Below, piece after piece: positions 48,020 through 57,249 of a stretch of 64,000 nt of DNA (positions within the stretch are counted from its first letter, which is position 1; each line of letters begins with the position of its first letter). This DNA comes from an uncultured Dehalococcoidales bacterium. Its GTDB lineage: Bacteria > Chloroflexota > Dehalococcoidia > GIF9 > UBA5629. The translations under genes and the position numbers were made by a program. The stretch lies in the NCBI GenBank assembly GCA_964400675.1, contig CAYNVO010000001.1, positions 139,919 through 203,918 on the forward strand, in the 5' to 3' direction. The notes beneath the pieces were generated by a model. That model ran no database searches, was not told the origin of the DNA, and worked only from the letters and a program-made list of their open reading frames with translations.

Positions 48020-51000
48020 ATGAACACATACTCTTTAATCCCCTTGGCTGCCGCGATTGCATTCATACCGTTACTCGTTATTTTAATTTTTAACCGCCCC
48101 TGGCAAAAACAGCATAAGCTTCTGTTCTGGTATCTGTTAGCGACCATTCTGTGGAGTATGACAGATTTCTTCTTCCGCGGTGATTTTCTCTTAGAATACA
48201 AGCTTTTGTTGGCTAAGGTGGGTCTATGGTTTGGGCTCCTGAGCGCAATCCAATATCTTTATATTGTCCGGTATTTTTCTAAGGTTCAATGGTTTAGGAT
48301 TCATTTTATTTACTTTCTGCTGTTGGTGCTTACTGTTCTAGAAGTGCTTGACTATGTCCCTAGAGGGATTGCTGTTACTGCTAGCGGCGTTCATGTTCAG
48401 TACGGTATCTGGTTTATACTTGTAGCTCTGGCCTTATTCATTGCGGTTAGTGCAGACTTGTATTTTTTAGTGAGTAGACTCGTTCGTTCAAAAAATCCAG
48501 AAGAACGCAATCAAACTAGCTATTTATTAGCGGGTGTCTCGGTTCTCTCTATATGTGTTTTCGCCTCTTTCATACCTGATGTGGGGAAATTCCCGCTAGC
48601 CCTTGTTGGCAATTTATCCAATGCTGCCATTTTGACTTATGCTGTTTTGAGGCATCGCTTATTGGATATCAATATCGTTTTCCGCCGAGTGCTAGCCTGG
48701 GCAGGTCTGATTGCTGCTGGCATCGGTATCTATGTGCTTTTGTTGTTCTTGATACACTGGATTACTGGTGTCAAATTGGATGGGCGTATTTTAGCCCTGA
48801 GCACACTGGCGGCAGCAGCTGTCGGTATCAGTGTTTATCTGTTGCAAAAGTTCTTTCTACGGAGTGCAGACCGATTTTTCTATAGAGCGCGGTATGATTA
48901 CCGTCAGAGGCTGCATGACTTTGTGAATCGGGAATTAAGCGGTGTTTTTAGCCTGAGGGAGTTGAGTGAAAGATTGCTGCCGTTGCTTTCCGGGGCATTG
49001 GATTGCAAGCAGACAATTTTATTACTTCCGGACCCGGGAAGTGGCGATTTTATTGCTGAGTTTAGCCTGTCTCAATCCGAAGATGTTTCACCGCTGATAA
49101 TAAAAAAAGATAATCCAGTTATGGAGTGGCTGAAGCGAGAGAATAGATACCTGAGCAAAGAAAATCTGGATATACTGCCTGAATTTCGCGGTATTTGGGC
49201 TGAGGAAAAAGAGGGGCTGGAAGCTCTGGACATGGAATTGCTGTTTCCTCTGATAAACCGCGGCAATTTGATTGCTGTGTTGGCTTTAGCCAAAAATAAA
49301 TCTGGCAGATATTCGCTCGAGGACGTCAATCTGGTTGATACTGTCACCTCTCAGGTGGCAGCAAGTCTGGAGAAAGAATATCTCCAGGAACAGCTAAGGA
49401 AGCGGGAGCAGGAGCTGGCTTTGATTAACCGGCTGACCGCAGTCATTATTTCCAGTTTGAATATACGAGAGGTATATGATGCCTTTATCACAGGGTTGAG
49501 GGAGGTGGTTAACATTGATTGGGCGACGATTGCCCTGATAGAAGGTGACGAGCTTAGTTTAGAGGTTTTGTCCACGGAGGTGGGCTCGGCGTGGGGAGCG
49601 GGGGAAAAGATGCCACTTAAGGGTACAGGCACCGAGTGGGTAGTCAAACATAAAAAGGCTTTGTTCGAGCCTGACCTAAAGAAAAAGAAGAGGTTCTGGA
49701 CAGGTGAGGAACACTTAAAGCGGGGAATCAGGTCAGTAGTTTACCTTCCATTACTGGTAAGGGGACAGGCGATAGGCAGTTTGATTATAGCCAGCCGTAA
49801 ACCGAATGCTTACACTCCCGGTCAGGTACACCTTCTGGAGCGTCTGGCTTCTCAGATTGCCATGCCGGTGGAGAACAGTCGGCTTTATGCCAGAGCCGAG
49901 CAGAGGGCTCGGATCGACGAGCTTACGAACTTGTTCAACCGCCGTCACTTCGATGAACGTATAAAACAGGAGATTGAGCGTCATGCTCGTTACAGGGGGA
50001 TGCTGTCTTTGGTTCTTCTCGACCTTGATTTCTTCAAGGCCTACAATGACACACAGGGGCATACGGCTGGTGACAAGATTCTGGAATTGATAGGCAAGTT
50101 GATTAACAAGACTATAAGGAATACCGACCTGGCTTTTCGTTATGGTGGTGATGAGTTTGCTATCATACTACCGCAATCGGCGACTAATGATGCTCTTGTG
50201 GTAGCCGAGAGGGTTCGGGGTAGGATTGCATCCGAGATGAGCAAGAGGGATATCAGGATAAGTGCCAGTCTTGGCTTAGCATCGTGGCCCAACGATGGAG
50301 TTACAACTGAAGAGCTTGTAAATGCGGCTGACAGGGCGTTGTATTATGCTAAGGAGACGGGAGGCAATATGACTTGCATTGCCTCCAAGATGCTGCCTTC
50401 TCTAACTGAGATGTCTAATAATAGAGTAACAACTGAAAGAGAGGTGCTGAGCATCATCTATAACTTAGCGGCAACTATCGAAGCCAGGCACCCGTATATT
50501 TATGGTCATTCACGTAAGGTTAGCGGCTATGCTGTAGCACTGGCTGAAGCTGTTGGTTTACCCGCGGAGAAAGTGGCTTTAATCGGCACGGCGGCTTTGC
50601 TTCATGACATTGGCAAAGTAGGCATTCCCGACGAGGTGCTTAATAAGGCTGGTAAACTTGAGGCTGAAGCATGGGAATTGATTAAATCGCATCCTAAATT
50701 GTCAGCAACTATAGCCGGTCACGTGGTCAGTTTAATTGCTTGTCTTCCAGCTATCCTCCATCATCATGAGCGATGGGATGGTGGCGGCTACCCGGACAGG
50801 TTAGAGGGTGATGCTATCCCCATCGAGGCTCGTATTTTGTCTTTGGCTGATGCCTTTGATGCCATGACGTCTTCCCGACCATATCGTGGTAAGATGTCCT
50901 ATAAGAAAGTACTGCAAGAACTCAAGCATTGTGCTGGCACTCAATTTGACCCGAAGCTGGTTGAGGCGTTCTTGCCCATTGCTTTATCTACGGCTCCGGA

Positions 51001-51049
51001 GGAAGCGGGAGTAGGGGAAGACAGCGGCAGCACAAAAACAGATTCATAG
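48020..51049 (+). CDS. membrane sensor protein: N-terminal multi-pass (7TM-like) domain - GAF - GGDEF diguanylate cyclase - HD-GYP phosphodiesterase
   Basis: 1009 aa; RYGGDEFAIIL (GGDEF); C-terminal HDIGK...HHHERWDGGGYP (HD-GYP); about 7 N-terminal TM helices. Confidence 0.85.
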   Translation: MNTYSLIPLAAAIAFIPLLVILIFNRPWQKQHKLLFWYLLATILWSMTDFFFRGDFLLEYKLLLAKVGLWFGLLSAIQYLYIVRYFSKVQWFRIHFIYFLLLVLTVLEVLDYVPRGIAVTASGVHVQYGIWFILVALALFIAVSADLYFLVSRLVRSKNPEERNQTSYLLAGVSVLSICVFASFIPDVGKFPLALVGNLSNAAILTYAVLRHRLLDINIVFRRVLAWAGLIAAGIGIYVLLLFLIHWITGVKLDGRILALSTLAAAAVGISVYLLQKFFLRSADRFFYRARYDYRQRLHDFVNRELSGVFSLRELSERLLPLLSGALDCKQTILLLPDPGSGDFIAEFSLSQSEDVSPLIIKKDNPVMEWLKRENRYLSKENLDILPEFRGIWAEEKEGLEALDMELLFPLINRGNLIAVLALAKNKSGRYSLEDVNLVDTVTSQVAASLEKEYLQEQLRKREQELALINRLTAVIISSLNIREVYDAFITGLREVVNIDWATIALIEGDELSLEVLSTEVGSAWGAGEKMPLKGTGTEWVVKHKKALFEPDLKKKKRFWTGEEHLKRGIRSVVYLPLLVRGQAIGSLIIASRKPNAYTPGQVHLLERLASQIAMPVENSRLYARAEQRARIDELTNLFNRRHFDERIKQEIERHARYRGMLSLVLLDLDFFKAYNDTQGHTAGDKILELIGKLINKTIRNTDLAFRYGGDEFAIILPQSATNDALVVAERVRGRIASEMSKRDIRISASLGLASWPNDGVTTEELVNAADRALYYAKETGGNMTCIASKMLPSLTEMSNNRVTTEREVLSIIYNLAATIEARHPYIYGHSRKVSGYAVALAEAVGLPAEKVALIGTAALLHDIGKVGIPDEVLNKAGKLEAEAWELIKSHPKLSATIAGHVVSLIACLPAILHHHERWDGGGYPDRLEGDAIPIEARILSLADAFDAMTSSRPYRGKMSYKKVLQELKHCAGTQFDPKLVEAFLPIALSTAPEEAGVGEDSGSTKTDS

Positions 51050-51218
51050 CATTTATCTTACTTTAGCCAGTGCCTGCTCCTGCGGATAAATTCTAAATCC
51101 GAATGATTTTTTTGTTGCCACGCATTTCCGCAATTATGGGCGAATAACCCGTTTTTACCCTCTTGACAACCTTCAGGGCTGAGTACATAATTAGTCAAAC
51201 GTAGTAAAGCTGAGGCTG

Positions 51219-53687
51219 ATGAATATCTACGCTATACCTCCTCTATTGGCAGCCATTGCCTATATCCCATTGCTTGCTATCCTGCTGGCTAATCGACCCT
51301 GTAACAGACAGCAGAGGCTTTTTGCCTGGTTTCTAATCGCTGCCGTACTCTGGAGTGGCAGTGACATCCTCTTCCGCGGCGATTTCTTTATGCAAGATAA
51401 GTTTCTCCTGGCTAAAGTTGTTGCCTGCACTTTCACCTTAGCAGCGGCGCAGTTACACTGCTTTATATCCTCCTACTATCCTCCAAATAAGGGCCGTTGG
51501 CTGCCCCTAGCCTATGCTTCGTTAGCCATCATGATATTCTTGGTAGCGATGGGCTATGTTCCTAAAGACGTTATTGTTACCGGTAACAAAATGTACCTCG
51601 TGTATGGCAATGGTGTTTTCTTAATGGGGTTGCCTCTGGCTATCCTGACGGTCAGAAGTGTACACATTTTATGGCAGCAGTTTCGAACTTCAGACGACCC
51701 GGTACTGCGTAACCAGATGGTTTATCTATTATTGAGTATTGGCATTTTGGTTGCCGCCGTGTTTACAGTTTTCATTCCCTGGGGAAATGAAGTTCCGATT
51801 AGCCACATTGGAAATTTAATCAACGCTGTTATTCTGAACTATGCTGTACTCAGACATCGTTTATTAGATATCAAGGTTGTTTTCCGCCGTGGGCTAGTCT
51901 GGGTAGGTTTAATCGCTGTCAGTATAGGTCTCTATCTGGCTTTGTTTCTATTAATCCACTCTTTTACTGGCATCGAGTTAGATATAATCACCTTAGCTCT
52001 GGCTACACTGGCAGCAATTGCTATAGGTGGTGGTGTTTATCTGTCGCAGAGTTTCTTTTCCAGAGGTGCAGACCGGCTTTACTATAGAGCGCGGTATGAT
52101 TACATTCAGAGACTGCGCATTTTCCTGAGGAATGAATTAAGCGGCGTTCTTAGCCTGAGGGAGTTGATTAAGGAATTGCTGCCATTGCTTACCGGGGCTT
52201 TGGATTGCAGGCAGGTATACTTATTGTTGCCAGACTCAGGGGGTGGCGACCTCGTTGTACAGTTTTCTGAACCAAAAAGGGATGATGTTCCGCAAGTGAG
52301 ATTGATGTGGGACAATCAAGTTTTGGGATGGTTGCGCCGAGAAAATAGATACCTGCTTAAGGAAAGCCTGGATATCAACCCTGAATTTAGCGGTATGCGG
52401 GGTGAGGAAAAAGATTGGCTAAAAGACCTGGATGTGGAATTACTATTTCCTGTGGTAAGCCGTGGCAGCCTTATTGGCGTATTGGCGCTAGGCGAAAAGG
52501 AATCCGGCAAGTACTCGCTTGAAGATGTCAATCTAGTCGAGACTGTCATAACTAAGGTAGCCGTAAGTGTAGAGAAGGAATATCTTCAGGAGGGACTCAG
52601 AAAGCGGGAGCAAGAATATCTTCAGGGAGAACTTAGAAAGCGGGAGCAAGAGCTAGACCTGATTAACCGGCTGGCTATAGTTATTACCTCCAGTTTAAAT
52701 ATACGAGAGGTATATGATGCCTTTATCACAGGGTTGAGGGAGGTGGTTAACATTGATTGGGCGACGATTGCCCTGATAGAAGGTGACGAGCTTAGTTTAG
52801 AGGTTTTGTCCACGGAGGTGGGCTCGGCGTGGGGAGCGGGGGAAAAGATGCCACTTAAGGGTACAGGCACCGAGTGGGTAGTCAAACATAAAAAGGCTTT
52901 GTTCGAGCCTGACCTAAAGAAAAAGAAGAGGTTCTGGACAGGTGAGGAACACTTAAAGCGGGGAATCAGGTCAGTAGTTTACCTTCCATTACTGGTAAGG
53001 GGACAGGCGATAGGCAGTTTGATTATAGCCAGCCGTAAACCGAATGCTTACACTCCCGGTCAGGTACACCTTCTGGAGCGTCTGGCTTCTCAGATTGCCA
53101 TGCCGGTGGAGAACAGTCGGCTTTATGCCAGAGCCGAGCAGAGGGCTCGGATCGACGAGCTTACGAACTTGTTCAACCGCCGTCACTTCGATGAACGTAT
53201 AAAACAGGAGATTGAGCGTCATGCTCGTTACAGGGGGATGCTGTCTTTGGTTCTTCTCGACCTTGATTTCTTCAAGGCCTACAATGACACACAGGGGCAT
53301 ACGGCTGGTGACAAGATTCTGGAATTGATAGGCAAGTTGATTAACAAGACTATAAGGAATACCGACCTGGCTTTTCGTTATGGTGGTGATGAGTTTGCTA
53401 TCATACTACCGCAATCGGCGACTAATGATGCTCTTGTGGTAGCCGAGAGGGTTCGGGGTAGGATTGCATCCGAGATGAGCAAGAGGGATATCAGGATAAG
53501 TGCCAGTCTTGGCTTAGCATCGTGGCCTAGCGATGGTGTGGCAACTAACGAACTTATCAATGCGGCTGACAGGGCGTTGTATTATGCTAAGGAGACGGGA
53601 GGTAATCGGACCTGTATTGCCTCCAAGATGTTGCCTTCTCCGACCGGGAAGGCTACTACGAGAGCTAAATCGAAAGACAAAATTTGA
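51219..53687 (+). CDS. membrane sensor diguanylate cyclase: 7TM-like domain - GAF - GGDEF (paralog lacking HD-GYP)
   Basis: 822 aa; identical GAF-GGDEF block to the upstream paralog; internal 11-aa duplication EKEYLQEGLRKREQEYLQGELRKREQE. Confidence 0.85.
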   Translation: MNIYAIPPLLAAIAYIPLLAILLANRPCNRQQRLFAWFLIAAVLWSGSDILFRGDFFMQDKFLLAKVVACTFTLAAAQLHCFISSYYPPNKGRWLPLAYASLAIMIFLVAMGYVPKDVIVTGNKMYLVYGNGVFLMGLPLAILTVRSVHILWQQFRTSDDPVLRNQMVYLLLSIGILVAAVFTVFIPWGNEVPISHIGNLINAVILNYAVLRHRLLDIKVVFRRGLVWVGLIAVSIGLYLALFLLIHSFTGIELDIITLALATLAAIAIGGGVYLSQSFFSRGADRLYYRARYDYIQRLRIFLRNELSGVLSLRELIKELLPLLTGALDCRQVYLLLPDSGGGDLVVQFSEPKRDDVPQVRLMWDNQVLGWLRRENRYLLKESLDINPEFSGMRGEEKDWLKDLDVELLFPVVSRGSLIGVLALGEKESGKYSLEDVNLVETVITKVAVSVEKEYLQEGLRKREQEYLQGELRKREQELDLINRLAIVITSSLNIREVYDAFITGLREVVNIDWATIALIEGDELSLEVLSTEVGSAWGAGEKMPLKGTGTEWVVKHKKALFEPDLKKKKRFWTGEEHLKRGIRSVVYLPLLVRGQAIGSLIIASRKPNAYTPGQVHLLERLASQIAMPVENSRLYARAEQRARIDELTNLFNRRHFDERIKQEIERHARYRGMLSLVLLDLDFFKAYNDTQGHTAGDKILELIGKLINKTIRNTDLAFRYGGDEFAIILPQSATNDALVVAERVRGRIASEMSKRDIRISASLGLASWPSDGVATNELINAADRALYYAKETGGNRTCIASKMLPSPTGKATTRAKSKDKI

Positions 53688-53707
53688 GCATAATCCATGC
53701 TCAGGAG

Positions 53708-54358
53708 TTACCGTTTTTTGGCCAGGACGCATATATTCCGAGAGAAGAACTTGAATGGGAAGCGGTAAGATTTCTCCGGGAAGATGCTGATAATCTCAAA
53801 GCCAACCTCGTTTAATAAGCTGCGGAGTTCCGGATAGGAAAAGAGGTAGTAATAGCGGTAAAAGACTTTCCTCCTCGATTTCCAGGGTATATTGACCTCT
53901 TTGCTTTTTAGCCAGAAGCCTGGTTGCCATTTGTTCCAAACGGTGATAAAGGCTTCACCTCCTGGCTTCAGAACACGCCTAAGTTCCTGGAAAGCCTTTT
54001 GTCTTTGCTTTTCTCCCTTGATGTGGTGGTAGGCGGCTACTGCTATTGCCTTGTCGAAGTTGTTATCGGGGTAGGGCAAAGATATAGCATCGGCTACCAT
54101 CAGATTTACTTTAAAGTCGAACTTGTCGGCATATTTCTGTGCCAGTCTGACCATTTGTGCAGAAAAGTCCACTCCCCACAGCTCAAACCGGTCTTTGAAA
54201 GGCAGGAAGTCCGGTCCGTGAGCACAACCGATGTTCAAGAGCTTGCCCGTGTGCCATCTGCGTGCCATCTCCTCAAGCTCTTTGGTGAAGCGAGACCAGT
54301 GCCTGAATCGGTACCAGCTCCCGGCTATTTCGTCGAATATTTCTCTGTTTGTTGACAT
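53708..54358 (-). CDS. class I SAM-dependent methyltransferase
   Basis: LLNIGCAHGPD (motif I) ... VLKPGGEAFI. Confidence 0.8.
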   Translation of the reverse strand: MSTNREIFDEIAGSWYRFRHWSRFTKELEEMARRWHTGKLLNIGCAHGPDFLPFKDRFELWGVDFSAQMVRLAQKYADKFDFKVNLMVADAISLPYPDNNFDKAIAVAAYHHIKGEKQRQKAFQELRRVLKPGGEAFITVWNKWQPGFWLKSKEVNIPWKSRRKVFYRYYYLFSYPELRSLLNEVGFEIISIFPEKSYRFPFKFFSRNICVLAKKR

Positions 54359-54436
54359 AGTTATAATTTGCTAAACTCTGATGGGGTGAGTTCAGTAATT
54401 ATAAATTATACTTGTAATTAAAGGCTCTTCACACTC

Positions 54437-54492
54437 TGCCATTCTGAGCGAAGCGAAGAATCTGGAGACCTTTCGCTACCACTCAGGGTGAC
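54437..54492. repeat. REP/MITE-like palindromic element, copy G
   Basis: gccattctgagcgaagcgaagaatctgg ... cctttcgctaccactcagggtgaca. Confidence 0.8.
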
Positions 54493-54522
54493 AGGAGAGG
54501 GTATATTTAAGGAAAGCATAAA

Positions 54523-55932
54523 GTGAGGAAAATTTCAAGGACTATATCCGGGGTGACGCCGGTGGCTGTTATGGGCAAGCCGATAGGTTGTCCAGGAGAA
54601 TGCATTTATTGCCCCGCTTTTCCTGATGCACCGAAGAGCTATACGCCGGAATCACCAGCGGTGCTCAGGGCTAAGCTGTGTAATTATGAGCCCAGAAGAC
54701 AGGTTGAGGAGAGGGTGAGGATTCTTTTGGACATGGGGCATCCGGCTGATAAGGTCGAGCTCATTATCATGGGGGGCACTTTCCTGGCTTATCCTGAGGA
54801 GTATCAATACCATTTTATAAAGGATTGCTATGATGGCTTGAATGGCATTGAGTCTCTAAGTTTGGAGGCAGCCAAGCAGATAAATGAAACTGCTGAACAC
54901 AGGTGTGTGGGGCTATGCATTGAGACCAGACCTGATTGGTGTCGGGAGGAGGAAGTCAAGAGAATGCTGGAATTCGGTACCACCCGGGTTGAGCTAGGGG
55001 TGCAGACACTGGACGATGACATATACCGGGTGGTTAAGCGAGGGCATAATGTAGCCGAGGTGGTGAGGGCTACAAAGCTACTGAAGGACTACGGCTTCAA
55101 GGTCTATTATCACTGGATGCCGGGATTGCCCGGTTCAACTTCAGAGCATGACCTGGAGTTGTCTAAGGAGCTTTTCACCAATGAGGATTTTAGACCTGAC
55201 GGACTAAAGCTTTACCCGACACTGGTTATTGCTGGCACCGAGCTCGAGACATGGTACAGAGATGACCGCTATCAACCTTATCCTATGGACGAGATGGTAG
55301 ATTTGATGATAAACATCAAGACTCATGTTCCCGGCTATATCAGGATTCCACGCGTGATGCGTGATATTCCCAGCAAATTCATAGTGGCTGGCTGTAAAGA
55401 TTTAGCATTGAGGAGTTCGATTAAGAAGCGGATGGAAGAGATTGGCGTTCGGTGTAGCTGCATCCGCTGTCGTGAGTACGGGCATCGTATGAGAGATGGC
55501 TGGAAAATCGGCGCGCCAAATTTGATGAGGCAGGATTATGGGGCATCAGGGGGAAAGGAAGTGTTTCTTTCTTTCGAAGACGAGGACGAAACCTTATTTG
55601 GTCTGCTTCGGATGCGGGTAGATTATTCGGCATCTGGTATCGGTGGTTTGGCTATGGTCAGGGAACTACACGTATTCGGTTCAGAGGTTCCTCTGGGGGA
55701 GCAGTTGGCTGAGGCGGCTCAGCATAGAGGTCTTGGGGGGGAGTTGCTCAAAGAAGCTGAAAGAATTGCTCGTGATGAATTTCAAGCTCGCAGGATTGCT
55801 ATTATCAGTGGCGTCGGTGCCAGGGGATATTTCCGCTCCGAATGCGGCTATGAGTTAGATGGCGCCTATATGGTTAAAGAGTTGGTTGGGGCAGCTTCAC
55901 CTAACATTCATGGAGATGCGTTTCAACATTAA
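54523..55932 (+). CDS. elp3: Elp3-like tRNA uridine(34) modification enzyme (radical SAM + GNAT acetyltransferase)
   Basis: CPGECIYCP radical SAM cluster; C-terminal GNAT domain; 469 aa, typical of bacterial/archaeal Elp3. Confidence 0.85.
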   Translation: MRKISRTISGVTPVAVMGKPIGCPGECIYCPAFPDAPKSYTPESPAVLRAKLCNYEPRRQVEERVRILLDMGHPADKVELIIMGGTFLAYPEEYQYHFIKDCYDGLNGIESLSLEAAKQINETAEHRCVGLCIETRPDWCREEEVKRMLEFGTTRVELGVQTLDDDIYRVVKRGHNVAEVVRATKLLKDYGFKVYYHWMPGLPGSTSEHDLELSKELFTNEDFRPDGLKLYPTLVIAGTELETWYRDDRYQPYPMDEMVDLMINIKTHVPGYIRIPRVMRDIPSKFIVAGCKDLALRSSIKKRMEEIGVRCSCIRCREYGHRMRDGWKIGAPNLMRQDYGASGGKEVFLSFEDEDETLFGLLRMRVDYSASGIGGLAMVRELHVFGSEVPLGEQLAEAAQHRGLGGELLKEAERIARDEFQARRIAIISGVGARGYFRSECGYELDGAYMVKELVGAASPNIHGDAFQH

Positions 55933-55996
55933 GAAAGAATGAAAGTTTGATACGGAGAAGTAAATTTCTGGCAGCAAGACTTGAAAGTTAGCTAAG

Positions 55997-57229
55997 TTAT
56001 TTTTGTTTCAGCCGTTTTGCAGGATATTCAGTTTCATAAGTATGTTGTACAATAGGGCTGTCAAGAATTTTAGTCTTTTTTTGCAATTCTTCCATAGCTC
56101 TTTGGTTTTTCTCTGTCCAATCAGGGATGTCAAATAAACAAAAATCATATGAAAATAAGGGCTGGTACTTTTTTTCGGTCGCAATACCAAGAACCTTTTT
56201 ATTTTCTTGGTACTTACCTCGTGCAATAAAGCACATATTGGTAAGCATTACCTTGCGGTGATTTCTTGGGATTGAATCATCTTGGAATAAAAAACAATAG
56301 GTGACACCCTTGCTCTCAAATGTACGCCGAAATATGTTATGTATATCATCTCTGTCTGCCTTAATAGATGCATCAAAATAGTGTTTGCTTAAAACACGTC
56401 TTTCGAAACGATTTGGACGTGCAAGTTCCCTAGCTATTGTTTCGTAAATAGATCGGGGTGAAGCCTTATGGCATTCGTTGATAAGACTATCCCAAAGGTA
56501 ACTTATCTCATCTGCTTTCTTCTTTGCCTTATATTCCGCCTTGTTCTGAAGCTGTTCCCAAGAGCCGTCCATGATTGTTATCATTGTTGCCTCTTGTAAT
56601 TCTTTAAAACTCCGGTTGTTTCCCAAATATTCAGCCAATAGCTCTTCTTCTCCGCCAATAATTAGTATATGTACATCCTTGGAGAATAGCTCTTCTTTTG
56701 CTCGGATGTAGCTAATGAAATCGCTAATCGTATTAAGCTCGTTCAAAATAATTTGTGTGAAATTTTTAGTAAAGACATGGGCAATATGGTTTTTGATGCT
56801 TTCTGTGGGAGAAAAGAAATCTTCACCGGCTCCAAGAAGTACAGATATAAGATGAATTTCCCTTATTATTATCGGGTCAAATTGTTCTTTATCCCTTCGC
56901 GGATTCTCAAGCTCTATGGCTTTTTGTAGGTTGAAAAGTTGCCTGCGAGCGCCAGCAAGTTGTCGCAGATTCTTTTCAACCTCTGTTTTTTTGTATTTGC
57001 CGTGTTTGTTAAGTTTCAAGTCTTTGATCTGCCAAATGATTGCGATATCATCAAAGATAACTAACAAGTCGCATAGTTCTTTGCCGTCAGGTAATCGTGG
57101 ATTCAGATAGCACCAGTCTCTAAAGAAAGTCTTTAAAGCTAAATCCTGAACAAAACTCTCTGCGTTCTTCCCTTTGATAAAGAAATAATCCCCCCCAATA
57201 TTCATTTTTAGTATGCTTTCTTTTCGCAA
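55997..57229 (-). CDS. hypothetical AT-rich protein with an N-terminal NERD-like / PD-(D/E)xK nuclease-like motif
   Basis: 410 aa; GKNAESFVQDLALKTFFRDWCYLNPRLPDGKELCDLLVIFDDIAIIWQIKDLK fits the NERD pattern (G..aE..V...L...y.....l...E.D.lvi....i.iiE/QvK). GC about 35% against about 49% for the window. Confidence 0.55.
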   Translation of the reverse strand: MRKESILKMNIGGDYFFIKGKNAESFVQDLALKTFFRDWCYLNPRLPDGKELCDLLVIFDDIAIIWQIKDLKLNKHGKYKKTEVEKNLRQLAGARRQLFNLQKAIELENPRRDKEQFDPIIIREIHLISVLLGAGEDFFSPTESIKNHIAHVFTKNFTQIILNELNTISDFISYIRAKEELFSKDVHILIIGGEEELLAEYLGNNRSFKELQEATMITIMDGSWEQLQNKAEYKAKKKADEISYLWDSLINECHKASPRSIYETIARELARPNRFERRVLSKHYFDASIKADRDDIHNIFRRTFESKGVTYCFLFQDDSIPRNHRKVMLTNMCFIARGKYQENKKVLGIATEKKYQPLFSYDFCLFDIPDWTEKNQRAMEELQKKTKILDSPIVQHTYETEYPAKRLKQK

Positions 57230-57249
57230 TTTAATTTTGGGCTTGTTTC

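Noticed and set aside
49072-53300. Minus-strand ORFs inside the two GGDEF genes (49072..49347, 49351..49647, 49751..50062, 52316..52549, 52622..52885, 52989..53300)
   Set aside because: They are antisense to strongly supported sensor genes. Their duplication merely mirrors the 829-bp identical block.
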